Source: Truepera sp. (GTDB taxonomy: Bacteria; Deinococcota; Deinococci; Deinococcales; Trueperaceae). From it: a DNA stretch of 64,000 bases. The notes under the pieces were generated by a model that was not told where the DNA came from, made no database searches, and saw only the letters and a program-made list of their open reading frames with translations. The stretch spans positions 928,001 to 992,000 of the forward strand of contig CBDCKW010000009.1 of the NCBI GenBank assembly GCA_965218435.1, read 5' to 3'. This document shows, one piece after another, positions 10,121-22,692 of the stretch (position 1 is its first letter; each line of letters begins with the position of its first letter). The position numbers were made by a program, and so were the translations under genes.

Positions 10121-10340
10121 TTTTTATCTTGGCGTCTACATGACACACGAGCCCCCAAATGGTTCACCACGCCTCACACCCTTTTGCCTGGTTAGGCAAT
10201 CAGTCAAACAATCCGACTGTCTCTAAAACAACTTAACTCACTCGGGTTAACCCTCAGTTAAAAACTGACGACCACTTTCGGCTAAAGTAGCCGAACTGTG
10301 ATTGAAACTATGTTTGAAAAGGCTGGGTTCTAGACCGGGC

Positions 10341-10841
10341 TCAGTAATACACGCTGATTTTCCCATTCGTCAGTTCAATGCGTTCTTGGCTACTCGCTAG
10401 CACCCCGCCTGAGAGCGACGCGCCGATATAGTAAGACGGTTGGGCAATGAGGTCGGCGAGGGTGCCGCTGTAGTCCGGCCCGCCGATCAGCACCTCTTGC
10501 GAGACGCCGGGAGTCAGGGTAAGCGGCCCTGAGAGCTGCAAATCGGCGACAGAGGGTACCACACAAGGTATAGAAGGTAGGAGTGACGGGGGCGGTGTGG
10601 TGCGACCATAAACCGTTACGGTTGCGTTACCCACTCCCACCGACGTATAGGTTGCCGTAGCCCGGTAGTCCGCGCCGCTAAAATTGGCCGGAGCCCCTTC
10701 GGTAATTGGCGCGGGTGTATAGCAGATCAGTCCCTGGCTGCTGTTACCGGGGATTTTTACGTCAGGCACGCTGATGCTGATGGGGGCGAACGAGCAACTA
10801 GCCAAAAGTAAAAGTGTACTACCTATAAAAAGCTGTTTCAT
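10341..10841 (-). CDS. Putative lipoprotein
   Basis: MKQLFIGSTLLLLASC lipobox. Confidence 0.7.
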   Translation of the reverse strand: MKQLFIGSTLLLLASCSFAPISISVPDVKIPGNSSQGLICYTPAPITEGAPANFSGADYRATATYTSVGVGNATVTVYGRTTPPPSLLPSIPCVVPSVADLQLSGPLTLTPGVSQEVLIGGPDYSGTLADLIAQPSYYIGASLSGGVLASSQERIELTNGKISVYY

Positions 10842-10909
10842 CTTTCTATAGTAAGGCCCCTCAGCCGGACGAACGGCTGGGGGGCGCACACTGCCTTGTA
10901 GTTGAACGG

Positions 10910-13300
10910 TTAGAGTTGCGCTGAAGGCGACACCGAATCGTCGGGCGTCGGCGGGATAAAAGTACCTTGGGCGTTTTCTGCTAAGAGCATCAGCTTGACA
11001 ACTTCGCTGAAATCTCTGACCGGCGTCACGGTTAGGTCTTCTAAGATTGCGTCGGGTACGTCTTCTAAGTTCGCTTCGTTCGCTTCGGGGATGATGACGT
11101 GTTTGATCCCGGCCTGATGCGCGGCCAAAAGTTTCTCTTTCACGCCGCCAATCGGTAAAACGCGTCCGCGCAAGGTGATCTCGCCGGTCATCGCTACGTC
11201 GCCCCTTGCGGGTCGTCCGGTCAGCGCTGAGACGACTGCTGTTGCCATTGCAATCCCGGCACTCGGGCCGTCTTTCGGCGTCGCCCCTTCTAAAACGTGG
11301 ACGTGCAGGTCCCGTTTTTCGTGAAAGTCGGTGGGGATGTCGAAGTCTGCGGCGTGGGCGCGTAAGTAGGCGATCCCGGCTTGCGCGGACTCTTTCATCA
11401 CGTCGCCGAGTTGCCCGGTGAGCGTAACTTTACCTTTGCCCGGCGTACTGAGGGCCTCAATGTCGAGCGTGACGCCGCCGACCGGCGTATACGCGAGGCC
11501 GTGAGCGACGCCGATCTGCGGTTCACGTTCGGCGCGTTCGTCGCGGAAAGGCGGAACCCCCAAGAGGCTGCGAACCGAGCCTTCGTCGAGCGTGCGTACA
11601 CCCTCCCAAGGGGTGCTGAGGTACTCTTTGGCTGACTTCCGCGCGAGCTTAGCGAGCGTCCGGTCGAGGTTACGAACCCCGGCTTCGCGGGTGTACTCGG
11701 TGATGGTACGGCGCACAGCATCATCAGTCAGCTTGAGTTTGCCGTCTAACCCGTGCGCTTTGAGCTGACGTGGGACGCGGTAGCGTTTAGCGATCTCGAG
11801 CTTTTCGTCAAGCGTATACCCCGGAATCTGAATGACTTCCATCCGGTCTAAGAGCGGCCGCGGAATCGTCGCGAGCGAGTTCGCTGTGGTAATAAACATG
11901 ACTTTCGAGAGGTCGTAAGGAATCTCCAAGTAGTGGTCGGCAAAGGTGTTGTTCTGCTCGGGGTCTAAGACTTCTAAAAGCGCCGATGACGGGTCGCCGC
12001 GAAAGTCAGCCGTCATTTTGTCGATCTCGTCTAACAAAAAGACCGGGTTGACCTTACCGGCTGTTTTCATCCCTTGGATGATGCGGCCCGGCAGCGAGCC
12101 GATATAGGTGCGGCGGTGACCCCGGATTTCGGCTTCGTCACGGACGCCGCCTAAGCTCATCCGAACAAACGCACGGTTGAGGCTACCGGCGATAGATTTA
12201 CCGAGGCTCGTTTTACCGACGCCGGGAGGCCCGACGAGACATAAGATCGGCGCACGGTACTCGGTGCCTTCGATGTCTTTAGTCAGTTGCCGCACCGCTA
12301 AAAACTCCAAAATGCGCGCTTTGGGTTCTTCTAACGCATAGTGGTCGTCGTTTAAGATTTTTTCGGTATGGGCGATATCTAAGTGCTCTTCGTCCATCTC
12401 CGACCACGGCAGGTCTAACAGCGTGTCGAGGTAAGTGCGGACAACCGTCGCTTCAGGTGAGCCACCGGGCATCTTTTCCAAGCGTTCGATCTCTTTAAGT
12501 GCCCGCTTTTCCGCCTCCTCGGGCATCTTTTTATCCGCGACGCGCTGTTTGAGGTCTTCAATTTCAGAGAGCGTCTCTTCGCCGCCGCCAAGCTCTTTTT
12601 GGATCGCTTTCATCTGCTCGCGCAAGTAGTATTCGCGCTGATTAGCGTCCATCTGCTGTTTGACCCTCGCCGAAATCTGTTTTTCGGTATCGAAACGGTC
12701 GAGGTCGCGTGATAACAGGCCGTAAACGAGTTCCAAGCGTTTGCTGGCGTCGGCCTCTTCTAAGATGTTCTGCTTGTCCATGACCTCCCACGTGCTGTAC
12801 TTGGCGGTCAGGTCGGCTAGTGCGCCGGGCTCTTTTAAGCTGCGGAGGTTTTCTAAGTGAAACGAATCGAGACGTAAGTTTTTGTTTTGCTGCGCGTAGT
12901 CGCCAAACGCCGACTTGACCTGCTCGACGAGGGCGCGGGTCCGGGCTTCATCGGTGCTGGTCGTTTCGGGGAGCGTTTCAACTTGGGCACGGAGCGTCGC
13001 GCCGGGGACGAAGTTGGTGACGCGGGCACGTTCTTTACCTTCGACCAAAACTTGCAGGGTGTCGTCGGGGAGGCGGATAACTTGTTTGATGATGCCCAAG
13101 GTACCGACCGCAAATAGGTCGTCGCCGGTCGGGTCGTCAACTCTCGGTTCGCGCTGCGCTAACAGCAGCACGCGGTTGTCTGAAGCTTGAGCTTCCTCGA
13201 GGGCGCGTTTTGACTTGGGGCGGCCGACGTCAACGTTTTCTAAGGTGCGCGGCAACACCACCACGGTTCGTAAAGCGATTACTGGTAATTCCCATTCCAT
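10910..13300 (-). CDS. lon: ATP-dependent protease La
   Basis: [26 protein letters not shown]. Confidence 0.98.
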   Translation of the reverse strand: MEWELPVIALRTVVVLPRTLENVDVGRPKSKRALEEAQASDNRVLLLAQREPRVDDPTGDDLFAVGTLGIIKQVIRLPDDTLQVLVEGKERARVTNFVPGATLRAQVETLPETTSTDEARTRALVEQVKSAFGDYAQQNKNLRLDSFHLENLRSLKEPGALADLTAKYSTWEVMDKQNILEEADASKRLELVYGLLSRDLDRFDTEKQISARVKQQMDANQREYYLREQMKAIQKELGGGEETLSEIEDLKQRVADKKMPEEAEKRALKEIERLEKMPGGSPEATVVRTYLDTLLDLPWSEMDEEHLDIAHTEKILNDDHYALEEPKARILEFLAVRQLTKDIEGTEYRAPILCLVGPPGVGKTSLGKSIAGSLNRAFVRMSLGGVRDEAEIRGHRRTYIGSLPGRIIQGMKTAGKVNPVFLLDEIDKMTADFRGDPSSALLEVLDPEQNNTFADHYLEIPYDLSKVMFITTANSLATIPRPLLDRMEVIQIPGYTLDEKLEIAKRYRVPRQLKAHGLDGKLKLTDDAVRRTITEYTREAGVRNLDRTLAKLARKSAKEYLSTPWEGVRTLDEGSVRSLLGVPPFRDERAEREPQIGVAHGLAYTPVGGVTLDIEALSTPGKGKVTLTGQLGDVMKESAQAGIAYLRAHAADFDIPTDFHEKRDLHVHVLEGATPKDGPSAGIAMATAVVSALTGRPARGDVAMTGEITLRGRVLPIGGVKEKLLAAHQAGIKHVIIPEANEANLEDVPDAILEDLTVTPVRDFSEVVKLMLLAENAQGTFIPPTPDDSVSPSAQL

Positions 13301-13438
13301 AAATCTAAGTAAACAGCACCGGGGCGCGTTTTACCGTAAGGTGGCTGACGCGAATTTATACCGACCAGTTGAGTTTTGGGAGCCGTTATGGGGCCGTACC
13401 CGGCGGCAACGCTCGCAGCTTTGGGTATGCTTAAAAGC

Positions 13439-14068
13439 ATGAAACGAGCACTGATTATCGGCGCGAGCGGCGGCATCGGGACGGCCCTGGTGGAGGCGTT
13501 AACAGACTATGAGCCAACATATGAGCTGACGCTGGTGGGCCGCGACGCCCGCAGCCTGCAAGGGCTCAGCGGCCAAGCGGTGCCGACCGATGTGACGAGC
13601 GAACTCGAGGTCGAAGCCCTGTTCGCCGACCTGCCGCTCCAAGACCTGATCGTCTACGCAGCGGGTGATGTTCAGCCCGAACCTTTGGCTACTACCTCGG
13701 CTGACACCTGGACCCGAGTACTGGATGCCAACCTGACCGGGCTTTTTTACGTCCTTAAATACGCTGACGCCAAGCTCAACCAGGACGCCCGTATCTTTGT
13801 GCTGGGTGCCCGCCCCGAGCTCGTCACCTTTCGCGGCTTTGGAGCCTACGCAGCAGCTAAAGGGGGCGTTGCGGCGCTTGTGAAGGTGGCGGCGCAAGAG
13901 TACAAACGCAAGGCGTCTTTGACGCTGGTGCTGCCTAAAGCTGTCAACACAGGGTTCTGGGAAAATGTCGGGAAACCGCCGAAAGATGCGCTCGAGCCCC
14001 GCGCGGTTGCCGAAGCTATTGTCAAAAGCCTTGCGAGGGAGCCTGAAGACGAACTGCGCGTAGGTTAA
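13439..14068 (+). CDS. SDR family oxidoreductase
   Basis: GASGGIG and YAAAK. Confidence 0.88.
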   Translation: MKRALIIGASGGIGTALVEALTDYEPTYELTLVGRDARSLQGLSGQAVPTDVTSELEVEALFADLPLQDLIVYAAGDVQPEPLATTSADTWTRVLDANLTGLFYVLKYADAKLNQDARIFVLGARPELVTFRGFGAYAAAKGGVAALVKVAAQEYKRKASLTLVLPKAVNTGFWENVGKPPKDALEPRAVAEAIVKSLAREPEDELRVG

Positions 14069-14274
14069 AGTCGCCTGCAGTTTAACGGGTACTTGAATCC
14101 AACTACCCTGAGCGTAAGCCGCTCATCGTTAGGACTGTTTACGGTTACGCCGCTTGCGAGCAGCGGAAACACTTTGGGGCCAAGCAGCCGCGCCGTTACG
14201 TTTAACGACCGCCTTTTAACGACTACGGTCGAGTGTCTATCCCTCTAACTTTTGTCGCTGTACGATAGGTGTTT

Positions 14275-15309
14275 ATGAAAGCCGCTGTTTTGCGCACGTT
14301 TGGTGAACCCCTCGAGCTCACCGCCGTCCCCGACCCGGTAGCACCCACAGGCGGCGTCGTGATCAGGGTCGAAGCGACCGGGGTCTGCCGGAGCGATTGG
14401 CATGCGTGGAGGGGGCACGACCCGGCGGTTACGCTGCCGCACATTCCCGGGCACGAACTCGCCGGGACTATTGCCGAACTTGGTCAGGGCGTCACAGGTT
14501 GGCAAATCGGCGAGCGCGTCACCGTACCGTTTTGTTGCGGCTGCGGCCACTGTAATATGTGCGCCGAGGGCTCGACACATCTGTGTGACAACGAGTATCA
14601 ACCGGGTTTCTCCGGATGGGGCTCATTTGCCGAGTACGTTGCGCTACCTTACGCCGCGACTAACCTGGTCAGGCTTCCTGAAACGCTCGGGTTTGTTGAA
14701 GCGGCGAGTTTAGGCTGCCGCTTTATGACGGCGTTTCACGCATTGACCGCCCAGGGACGCGTAACGGCGGGGCAGTGGGTGGCGGTTCATGGCTGTGGTG
14801 GCGTCGGTCTCTCAGCCGTGATGATCGCTGCGGCGCTCGGTGGCCGAGTTATCGCGGTAGATATTGACGCGGAAAAACTGACGGCGGCCCGCGCGTTGGG
14901 CGCTGAATATGTCATCTTGTCAAAAGGCCCGGTGAAGGAAATTACCGAGCTGACCGGGGGCGGCGCACACGTCTCGCTCGACGCGCTCGGGAGCGCCGCA
15001 ACCTGTGGTAACTCGGTACGGTGTCTGCGTAAAAAGGGGCGACATGTTCAGGTCGGCCTGCTGATCGGCGAAGGAAAACCGGTGCCGCTCCCCTTCGGTG
15101 AGGTCATTTCCAAAGAGCTCGAGGTTGTCGGTAGCCACGGGATGCCCGCACGCAGCTATCCGGCACTCCTAGAGCTGATTACCGCCGGTGTGCTGAGCCC
15201 GCAAAAACTGATCGCCAAAACCATTCCCCTAGCCGAAGCTGGGGCAGAGCTCGAGGCGATGGGGTCGTTTGCGCAGCGCGGCGTTACGGTCATTGATCAA
15301 ATGGCCTGA
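14275..15309 (+). CDS. Zinc-dependent alcohol dehydrogenase
   Basis: CRSD, GHE, structural Zn cysteines, GCGGVG. Confidence 0.92.
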   Translation: MKAAVLRTFGEPLELTAVPDPVAPTGGVVIRVEATGVCRSDWHAWRGHDPAVTLPHIPGHELAGTIAELGQGVTGWQIGERVTVPFCCGCGHCNMCAEGSTHLCDNEYQPGFSGWGSFAEYVALPYAATNLVRLPETLGFVEAASLGCRFMTAFHALTAQGRVTAGQWVAVHGCGGVGLSAVMIAAALGGRVIAVDIDAEKLTAARALGAEYVILSKGPVKEITELTGGGAHVSLDALGSAATCGNSVRCLRKKGRHVQVGLLIGEGKPVPLPFGEVISKELEVVGSHGMPARSYPALLELITAGVLSPQKLIAKTIPLAEAGAELEAMGSFAQRGVTVIDQMA

Positions 15310-15317
15310 CGCCCTAG

Positions 15318-15614
15318 CTATTCCGTGCTTTCCGCTATTTTGTGCCGATAAACCTCGGCTAAATCAATTTGGAAATAGTTGGCGAGTGCAAAGGCGTTGT
15401 TGAGTAAATGGGTCATCTCTTCCGCTAATCGGGCCACACTGGGCTCTTTCTGCCACTGTGATTTGCTTCCTACCCGTTCTAAAAGCGCGACTTCAGTGGC
15501 CACCTCGCCAAGTTCTTCGGTGAGCGCCAACATAATCTCAGTTCCAGAGCGGTAGGGCGTCTCGAACTCTGCGACGCCACGTTTGGCTGCTTTTTGCAAG
15601 TCGGTTATGTTCAT
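15318..15614 (-). CDS. MazG-like nucleotide pyrophosphohydrolase domain protein
   Basis: LALTEELGEVA...LAEEM. Confidence 0.75.
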   Translation of the reverse strand: MNITDLQKAAKRGVAEFETPYRSGTEIMLALTEELGEVATEVALLERVGSKSQWQKEPSVARLAEEMTHLLNNAFALANYFQIDLAEVYRHKIAESTE

Positions 15615-15918
15615 CTGCCTCTCCAACTCTATGGTTTTGTAAGGCTTTGTTGCATGAATCTCGGAATCAAAAGTAAGTCTCTGAAACGAGGACGGAAAAT
15701 CGTCAGAAAGTAGCTTTCCATCATTGAGGTGAAAAATACTCGCAAACGATTTATTAAGTAAAAGCATGCTGAGACCTTCTGATTCTAATTTGTGCAACAA
15801 CGCCGTTTTGTAAAGCAATAGACGAGACCAGCTGTTTTAGGAGGGCGTCTCGAGTAAGGACTAAGCACGGTGCCAAAATTTGGTCTAACGACCTCCCTTG
15901 TAGGCGTATAGTAAACCT

Positions 15919-16950
15919 ATGCCAGACACGATAGATTTGCGTTCCGACACCGTAACCCGCCCAACTCCCGCGATGCGCCGCGCGATGGCCCAAGCGAGCG
16001 TCGGCGACGACGTCTACGCCGAAGACCCGACGGTCAACCGCCTTCAAGAGGTGTTGGCAGAACGAGCCGACTTTGAAGCCGCTCTTCTGATGCCGAGCGG
16101 CACCATGAGCAATCAGGTGGCGATTGCCGTTCACACCACGCGCGGCGCTGAAGTCATCATCCCCGAAGGCGCACACGTCTACGAATACGAACTCGGGAGC
16201 ATGGCGGTCATCAGCGGCGTTTTGCCGCGCACAGTACCTGCGCCGCTCGGCGTACCGGAAGTTGCGGACATCCGGGCAGCTGTCCACCGCAGCATTCATC
16301 AAGCTCCGACCGGCCTGATTGTGCTAGAGAACACGCATAACAAGGCGGGCGGAACGGTCGTTCCCTTAGCACGCCTTGCAGAAGTGAGTCAACTTGCCCG
16401 TGACGAAGGCTTACCGCTGCACTTAGACGGGGCTAGGGGCTTTAACGCGGTCGCTGCGCTAGGAACCACGCTTGCCGAGCTGTGCGCACCGTTTGATTCG
16501 GTATCGCTCTGCCTCTCCAAAGGGCTAGCTGCGCCTGTCGGAACAGTCCTATTAGGCTCACGTGCGTTCATCAAGGAGGCGCACCGTTACCGCAAGATGT
16601 TGGGTGGTGGGATGCGCCAAGCCGGGGTGATTGCAGCGGCAGGACTTGTCGCGGTAGAGGAGATGTCCGGGCGACTGCACGAAGACCACGCCCGGGCGCG
16701 GCGACTCGCTGAAGGGCTCTTAGAGCTGCCCGGGGTCAGCGTTGACCTCGAGTCGGTCCAGACCAACATGGTCTATGTGCGCGTGCCGGACGCCGCGCGT
16801 TTTGCTGAGCAGTTAGCGTCGTTGGGGGTTCGTGCCGGGGCACTTGGGCCGGAAACGGTGAGGTTCGTCACGCACTACGAAATTTCCGATGACGACATCT
16901 CCCGTGTACTTGGGGCAGCTGAACAGGTTTTAGACACCGTTTCTGCCTGA
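15919..16950 (+). CDS. ltaE: Low-specificity L-threonine aldolase
   Basis: [36 protein letters not shown]. Confidence 0.93.
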   Translation: MPDTIDLRSDTVTRPTPAMRRAMAQASVGDDVYAEDPTVNRLQEVLAERADFEAALLMPSGTMSNQVAIAVHTTRGAEVIIPEGAHVYEYELGSMAVISGVLPRTVPAPLGVPEVADIRAAVHRSIHQAPTGLIVLENTHNKAGGTVVPLARLAEVSQLARDEGLPLHLDGARGFNAVAALGTTLAELCAPFDSVSLCLSKGLAAPVGTVLLGSRAFIKEAHRYRKMLGGGMRQAGVIAAAGLVAVEEMSGRLHEDHARARRLAEGLLELPGVSVDLESVQTNMVYVRVPDAARFAEQLASLGVRAGALGPETVRFVTHYEISDDDISRVLGAAEQVLDTVSA

Positions 16951-16974
16951 GCTCTACCGTATAAGCTAAAAGGT

Positions 16975-17793
16975 ATGAAAGCCTATCTACTTAGTGGCAA
17001 CGCCGGACACAGCCTTAGCCCGGTGATGCACAGCGCGGCTTTTCGGGCACTGGGGCTTGACGTTCACTACGAAGCCCTGAGCGTGACCGAAGCTGAACTG
17101 CCCAGCGTCGCCCAGCGGCTCCGCGAGAGTGACGTTTACGGCGCAAACGTCACGATTCCGCACAAACTCGCTGTCATCCCCCTGCTTGACGCGTTGACCC
17201 CCGAGGCGGAGGCCGTCGGCGCGGTCAACACTATTTTGAACCATAATGGTACCCTGACCGGCCACAACACCGATATGGGCGGGTTTGCCCACGCGCTTAC
17301 AGAAGGCGGCTTTGACGCCGAAGGCCGCGACGTGGTGATGCTCGGGGCAGGCGGCGCAGCGAGAGCCGTTGGGCTCGCCCTGTTACGGGCCGGAGCGACC
17401 TTGGGCGTGGCTAACCGCACCTCGGCCAGAGCCGAGGCTTTGGAACGCGACCTCGAGCGTTTCGGTGACGTGGCGGCGATTCGGCCCGAAGACCTCGACC
17501 GGGCCGTTTTACGTGCGTCTCTCGTAGTTAATACCACCTCGGTCGGTCACGACACCTACGCGCCGGACAGCTCGCCCTTACCGCTCGGCATTTTGCCCCG
17601 TGAGATGGTGGTAGATATTATCTACCGCCCGGCCCAGACGCCGCTCCTACGCGCAGCGTCTAAAGCAGGCTTAAAAACCCAAAACGGACTGCCGATGCTC
17701 GTCTATCAAGGGGCGGAGGCGCTCACGGCCTGGACGGGTCAGGAAGCACCGACTGAGGCGATGTTTAAGGCGCTTAGAGAGGCACTCGGGTAA
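16975..17793 (+). CDS. aroE: Shikimate dehydrogenase
   Basis: HSLSPVMH, NVTIPHK, GAVNT, NTD, GAGGAA. Confidence 0.95.
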   Translation: MKAYLLSGNAGHSLSPVMHSAAFRALGLDVHYEALSVTEAELPSVAQRLRESDVYGANVTIPHKLAVIPLLDALTPEAEAVGAVNTILNHNGTLTGHNTDMGGFAHALTEGGFDAEGRDVVMLGAGGAARAVGLALLRAGATLGVANRTSARAEALERDLERFGDVAAIRPEDLDRAVLRASLVVNTTSVGHDTYAPDSSPLPLGILPREMVVDIIYRPAQTPLLRAASKAGLKTQNGLPMLVYQGAEALTAWTGQEAPTEAMFKALREALG

Positions 17794-17833
17794 CTCATTC
17801 TATTAAGCGAGGCTGAATACTGGTGCTCTCACA

Positions 17834-18256
17834 ATGACCTTTTACAAACCGAAAGCCGATGCCGACGTGCAGCTGCTTGCAGAGATGAATCGGCAACTTA
17901 TCCAAGACGAAGGCCACCGCAATCCGATGACGCTTGGCGAACTCTATCAGCGAATGCGCGGGTGGTTAGCTGAAGACTACCAAGCTCTAATGATTCAGGA
18001 TGACGTAAGCACAGTTGGCTACGTCCTTTTTCGCCAAGAAACTGACTTCCTTTACATCCGTCATTTTTTTATCGTGCAGGCGTTTCGCCGTAAAGGGTTG
18101 GGAAAGCTGGCAATCCAGAAGCTTAAAGAAGATGTTTGGAGCAGCAATAGACGTTTGCGCCTCGAGGTCCTCGTCAGTAATTCCCGTGGCACTGCCTTTT
18201 GGCAGTCAGTTGGCTTTGGCAGTTACAGTCTTATGATGGAATACAATGACGCTTAG
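17834..18256 (+). CDS. GNAT N-acetyltransferase
   Basis: FRRKGLGK acetyl-CoA motif; N..FWQSVGF. Confidence 0.85.
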   Translation: MTFYKPKADADVQLLAEMNRQLIQDEGHRNPMTLGELYQRMRGWLAEDYQALMIQDDVSTVGYVLFRQETDFLYIRHFFIVQAFRRKGLGKLAIQKLKEDVWSSNRRLRLEVLVSNSRGTAFWQSVGFGSYSLMMEYNDA

Positions 18257-19088
18257 GCTCAGGACTCATTAACTGAGATAGAAGATAACGGTTGCGGCGA
18301 TGCAGATGGCGGAGAAGAAGGTGTGGGCGCAGCTATCGTAGCGCATGGCGATGCGCCTCCAGTCCTTAAGTTTAGCGAACATGTTCTCGATTTTGTGACG
18401 TTTTTTGTAGAGGTTGGCGTCATAAGCGGTGAAGGCGTTACGATTGTTCTTCGGCGGTATGCAAGGCGTTATGCCTTTGGCTTTCAGGGCGCTTCTAAAC
18501 CAGTCGGCGTCGTAGCCTCGATCGGCAATCATCTCTTTGGCTTTGGGCAAGACGTCAAGCAAACGGGCTGCGCCTTTATAATCGCTTGTCTGCCCTTCGG
18601 TCAGCAGCAACGCCACCAGCTTGCCCTCACCATCACATACCGCATGAAGCTTGGAGTTCAGGCCGCCTTTTGTACGTCCGATACCGCGAGGAACAGCCCT
18701 TTTTTTAACAGGCTTGCGGCCGTGCGGTGGGCTTTCAGATGCGTGGCGTCGATCATCAGCCGCTCGGACTCGCTACTTTTGGCCAGTTCCTCGAATATCC
18801 GGTTGAACACACCTAGACGGCTCCAGCGAACAAAACGGTTATATAGCGTCTTGTACGGGCCATATGCACGTGGTGCGTCTTTCCACTGCAGACCGTTACG
18901 AAGAACATAAATGATGCCACTTACCACCCACCAGTCATCCACCCGTGCAATCCCGTGTGAACGTGGAAAATACGGCTTGATGCGCTCAAGCTGCGGCTCT
19001 GTCAGTAAAAAAGGTGTGCTCATAGCAATCCCTCTTACCATAGAATATACGGGCAATTTCTCTGAAGCTGATTGATGAGTCCTGAACC
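18256..19088 (-). mobile_element. IS5 family (IS427-like), two-ORF frameshift transposase, TA target duplication
   Basis: IRs GGCTCAGGACTCATTAA / TTGATGAGTCCTGAACC; TA on both sides; A-run slippery site at LLKKG. Confidence 0.93.
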
Positions 19089-19313
19089 TAAGTTGGGGTA
19101 AGAGGCCAAATCGCGCGATGCCGGTAACCCCGGTTTATAACTCTCGGTCGTGACCCCTAAAAATGCCAACGTCTCTCTGACCTCACCGGCAACCCTGTCT
19201 ACGCTGCCCGAAAACGCCACCAGTATTCCGGGGCAGTCGGCAAACTACCCCTGAAAAGGGGTCAATGCACGGTTTAGCCGCTTCCCTTAGTCATGTTCTT
19301 CGGGTCGCGCAGC

Positions 19314-20171
19314 TCAGGTAAAAAGCGGTGACATCTGCTGCTTGTTTACGACGGCTTGCATCTGTGCGTCAGTGGGCCTAGTAGCAAAACGGCTGGCGGC
19401 GTCTAGCACCTTCGGCAAGAGCTGGACGTCGCCTACTGTATTGAGGAAAAACCCATCCCGGCCGAGAACCCAGTGAACGGTAGTATCGATGTCAGCTTGG
19501 TCTTCTAATGGTTCGTACCAGGTCGCACGGGTCTGCGTTTTATTGCCCCACGGTGCCCGGGTCACGGCCTTGATGGTCTGCACCGCCACATTCCGCTCCT
19601 GGCACAACGCGATGAGGGCTTCAAAATCGGCAGCGTACTGCGGGTTTTGCATCATCACGTAGCTGTAGGGTAAAAGCACCGAATCGAAATCGAAACGCTC
19701 CAAACTCGCCCGGTGCCGCGCAGCGACCTCGACGCCGTGACCGGTAACGCCGATAAACCGGACCAACCCTTCGTCCCGCGCCTGAATGCACGCCCCTAGC
19801 GCACCCCCAGGGCTGAGCGCCGTTTCCCACTCAGCCGGGTCAACGAGGTTATGAAGCTGAATCAGATCAACTTGCTCAACTTGGAGGCGCTCGAGCGAGC
19901 GTCTAATCTGGTCATAAGCTGCTTTATGTGTACGCTCACCCGTTTTCGTTGCCAGAAATACTTTTTTACGGTGCTGCTTTAACCAGGGAGCCAAGCGCAG
20001 CTCGGCGTCACCATAAGATGCGGCGACGTCAATATGGTTGAGGTCGTACTGTGAAAAGAGGTCCATCGTCCTGTCGGCTTCAGCTTGCGTTACCTGACTT
20101 AATGCGGCAGCCCCAAAAATCGTGCGACTGCTTTCGTGTCCGGTAGGGCCAAAAACGTGCGTTGGAATCAT
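19314..20171 (-). CDS. Aldo/keto reductase
   Basis: [23 protein letters not shown]. Confidence 0.9.
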   Translation of the reverse strand: MIPTHVFGPTGHESSRTIFGAAALSQVTQAEADRTMDLFSQYDLNHIDVAASYGDAELRLAPWLKQHRKKVFLATKTGERTHKAAYDQIRRSLERLQVEQVDLIQLHNLVDPAEWETALSPGGALGACIQARDEGLVRFIGVTGHGVEVAARHRASLERFDFDSVLLPYSYVMMQNPQYAADFEALIALCQERNVAVQTIKAVTRAPWGNKTQTRATWYEPLEDQADIDTTVHWVLGRDGFFLNTVGDVQLLPKVLDAASRFATRPTDAQMQAVVNKQQMSPLFT

Positions 20172-20477
20172 CTATGTCACCTTTCTGAACTGAGCATAAT
20201 GCTAAATCAAGCGTAACGCAGCGTAAGCCTCGGAACAAGTCTGGCTACGCATATTTTGATTTGGGCTCACCGTAAGGATAGCAGCTATCCCGTTAGAGCG
20301 TCCATATGACCCTGTTTAGCCTTTGAGCTTCGATCATAAGGTTGTGAGACGATGCGCCGGATACTTGCCCGCTCAACTAACCTGAAAAACTTTTGGCACT
20401 AGGCACATAAATACAAAAAAGCGGCAAGGCTTAAAACCCTACTGCTTCTACTCTTGCTGTCCCTCACGCTATTCTTT

Positions 20478-20522
20478 TGGTCGGGATGACATGATTTGAA
20501 CATGCAACCACTTGACCCCCAG
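20478..20522 (-). pseudogene. 3' half of tRNA-Pro(GGG), att-site-like remnant
   Basis: Reverse complement CTGGGGGTCAAGTGGTTGCATGTTCAAATCATGTCATCCCGACCA has a T-arm and CCA but no 5' half. Confidence 0.75.
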
Positions 20523-21088
20523 GCAAAACGCTGCCTTCACAGTAGGATATACTTAGCTCCAAACGGCTGTTCTGGACGCAACGATTGCCACGGCCTAATC
20601 CGATCTGTAACAGTTTTTCACGAGGCCGTTGTGGTCAAAAATTTGTCGTGCGTAGCGCCCAAATGCGACCTGTTTTGCATAGTAGTGGGCTCGAGCGAAA
20701 CCCCAAATAACCTTATAATTAGGCGGTCGTGACCCCGCTACGCGAGGTGCTGCAGAGCGACGTCGTAGCCAATGGGGTTGGAGTAGTGCTCGTCAACGCT
20801 AGCACTGAGCGAATGGCCAAGCTCTAAGGTAGAGCACGCACCCAACCTGCTTGTCTTAACGAATTATTCGTAAGACAAGCGGGTTGAAACCACTACGCGA
20901 GGCGTCTGCTAAAACCTCTTAGCAGACGGTTGGGGCGTCATCCACACCTACTTGCATTTGCCCTGATTTACGTGTTAAATTCTCCTTCTGCTCTTTGGTC
21001 TTTACCGTAAATTTCCAGTCCACCTCCAAAGTCTTACAAGTTCGACCGTTCTGTAACCTGACGCCTCTAGTCAAAGGAGAAACTCGCT

Positions 21089-21880
21089 GTGAGGCTGTTT
21101 TGGGAGATCGTTCGCCGTGCCTTTCGCCGCCACCTCACCTACCGTACCGCCGCGTTAGCTGGCCTCATCACCAATATTTTCTTCGGCTTGGTACGCGCGG
21201 CTGTTCTCATGGCGCTTTACGGTGACCGCGAGGTCGTTGCCGGGCTCGACGTGCAAAGCGTGATTACCTATACCGGGCTGACGCAAGCTGTCATCGTTTA
21301 CTTGAGCATTTTCGGCTGGTTCGATCTGATGAACGCGGTGCATCAAGGCGAAATTACTGCTGATCTCCTTAAACCCATGCGCCTCTTTTCATTCTGGTTA
21401 GCGCAAGACTTGGGCCGGGCACTGGTCGGGCTCGTATTACGGGGGTTCACCATTATGCTCGTCTACGCGCTAATTTTTGACATCATCTATCCGGTCGGGG
21501 TGGCGCAGTGGGCAGCACTCGGGGTCTCGCTGGGTCTGAGTTGGCTGCTCTCTTTCGCCTACCGCTTTTTGGTCAATCTCACAGCGTTCTGGTCACCGGA
21601 CGCAAGGGGCATCGGGCGCTTCGCTTTCGTTATCGTGATGTTTCTTTCGGGGTTTTTGATGCCGCTGCGATTCTTTCCCGACTGGGTACAGCGACTAGCG
21701 TACCTGACCCCGTTTCCGCACATGCTCAATACAGTCGTCGAGGTCTATCTTGGAACGCTGACGGGACCTGCCCTTGTGCAGGCATTGGCGGCGCAAGCGC
21801 TTTGGGCGGTCGGCTTAGTTGCGCTCTGCCAAATTGTCTTAGTCAGAGCAACACGTCGGCTTGTTATTTTGGGAGGCTAA
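21089..21880 (+). CDS. ABC-2 family transporter permease
   Basis: GEITADLLKP and SGFLMPLRFFP; six TM segments. Confidence 0.88.
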   Translation: MRLFWEIVRRAFRRHLTYRTAALAGLITNIFFGLVRAAVLMALYGDREVVAGLDVQSVITYTGLTQAVIVYLSIFGWFDLMNAVHQGEITADLLKPMRLFSFWLAQDLGRALVGLVLRGFTIMLVYALIFDIIYPVGVAQWAALGVSLGLSWLLSFAYRFLVNLTAFWSPDARGIGRFAFVIVMFLSGFLMPLRFFPDWVQRLAYLTPFPHMLNTVVEVYLGTLTGPALVQALAAQALWAVGLVALCQIVLVRATRRLVILGG

Positions 21881-22690
21881 GTGCGCCACACGTTAGGGAG
21901 TTATCGGCGTCTGTTAGGCGCACAACTCCGCAGTCAACTGCAGTATCGCACCTCGTTTATTCTCGATGTGCTGGCGACGATGCTGGTGACGCTGACCGAG
22001 TTCGGTGCTATTGCACTGGTATTTGGACGGTTTGGCGAGCTTGACGGTTGGACGCTCGGCGAAGTGGCGTTTTTATACGGCTTGGTCGAGCTGTCGTTTG
22101 GGCTGATGGATATGGTTTTTGCAGGTTTCGACCCTTCACGTTTCGGCCAAGAGGTGCGTAAGGGGACGTTCGACCGCCTGCTTTTGCGGCCCCTCCCGTT
22201 GACCTGGCAGGTGCTCGGTTCCGACCTGACCTTGAGGCGAGTTGGACGCGTTGCGCTAGGCGTCGGTATCTTTGCGCTCGCGCTCAACCTCAACCCGCTG
22301 GTTTGGACGGCTGCCAAGCTTTTCTACCTGCCCTTCGTCGTCCTCGGCATGGTGCTCTTTTTCGGTGGGCTCTTCATCATCGGTTCGACCGTAACGTTTT
22401 GGACGGTGGAGTCGTTTGAAGCGATGAACATCCTGACTTGCGGCGGCAGCTACCTCATTTCGTACCCGATGAGCATCTATCAGACGTGGCTCAGACGCAT
22501 CTTCACCTTCGTGATTCCAGCTATCTTTTTGAACTACTACCCGGCGCTTTATTTCCTAAACAAACCCGACCCTTTAGGGTTTCCTACCTTCGCCCCATTT
22601 ATCGCGCCGCTGGCGGGGGGCGCGGTGTTCGCTGCTGCGCTCGCATTTTGGCGCTTCGGCCTTAAGCACTACCACAGCACCGGGAGCTAA
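21881..22690 (+). CDS. ABC-2 family transporter permease
   Basis: GTFDRLLLRP, YPMSIY, YHSTGS C-terminus. Confidence 0.88.
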   Translation: MRHTLGSYRRLLGAQLRSQLQYRTSFILDVLATMLVTLTEFGAIALVFGRFGELDGWTLGEVAFLYGLVELSFGLMDMVFAGFDPSRFGQEVRKGTFDRLLLRPLPLTWQVLGSDLTLRRVGRVALGVGIFALALNLNPLVWTAAKLFYLPFVVLGMVLFFGGLFIIGSTVTFWTVESFEAMNILTCGGSYLISYPMSIYQTWLRRIFTFVIPAIFLNYYPALYFLNKPDPLGFPTFAPFIAPLAGGAVFAAALAFWRFGLKHYHSTGS

Positions 22691-22692
22691 GC

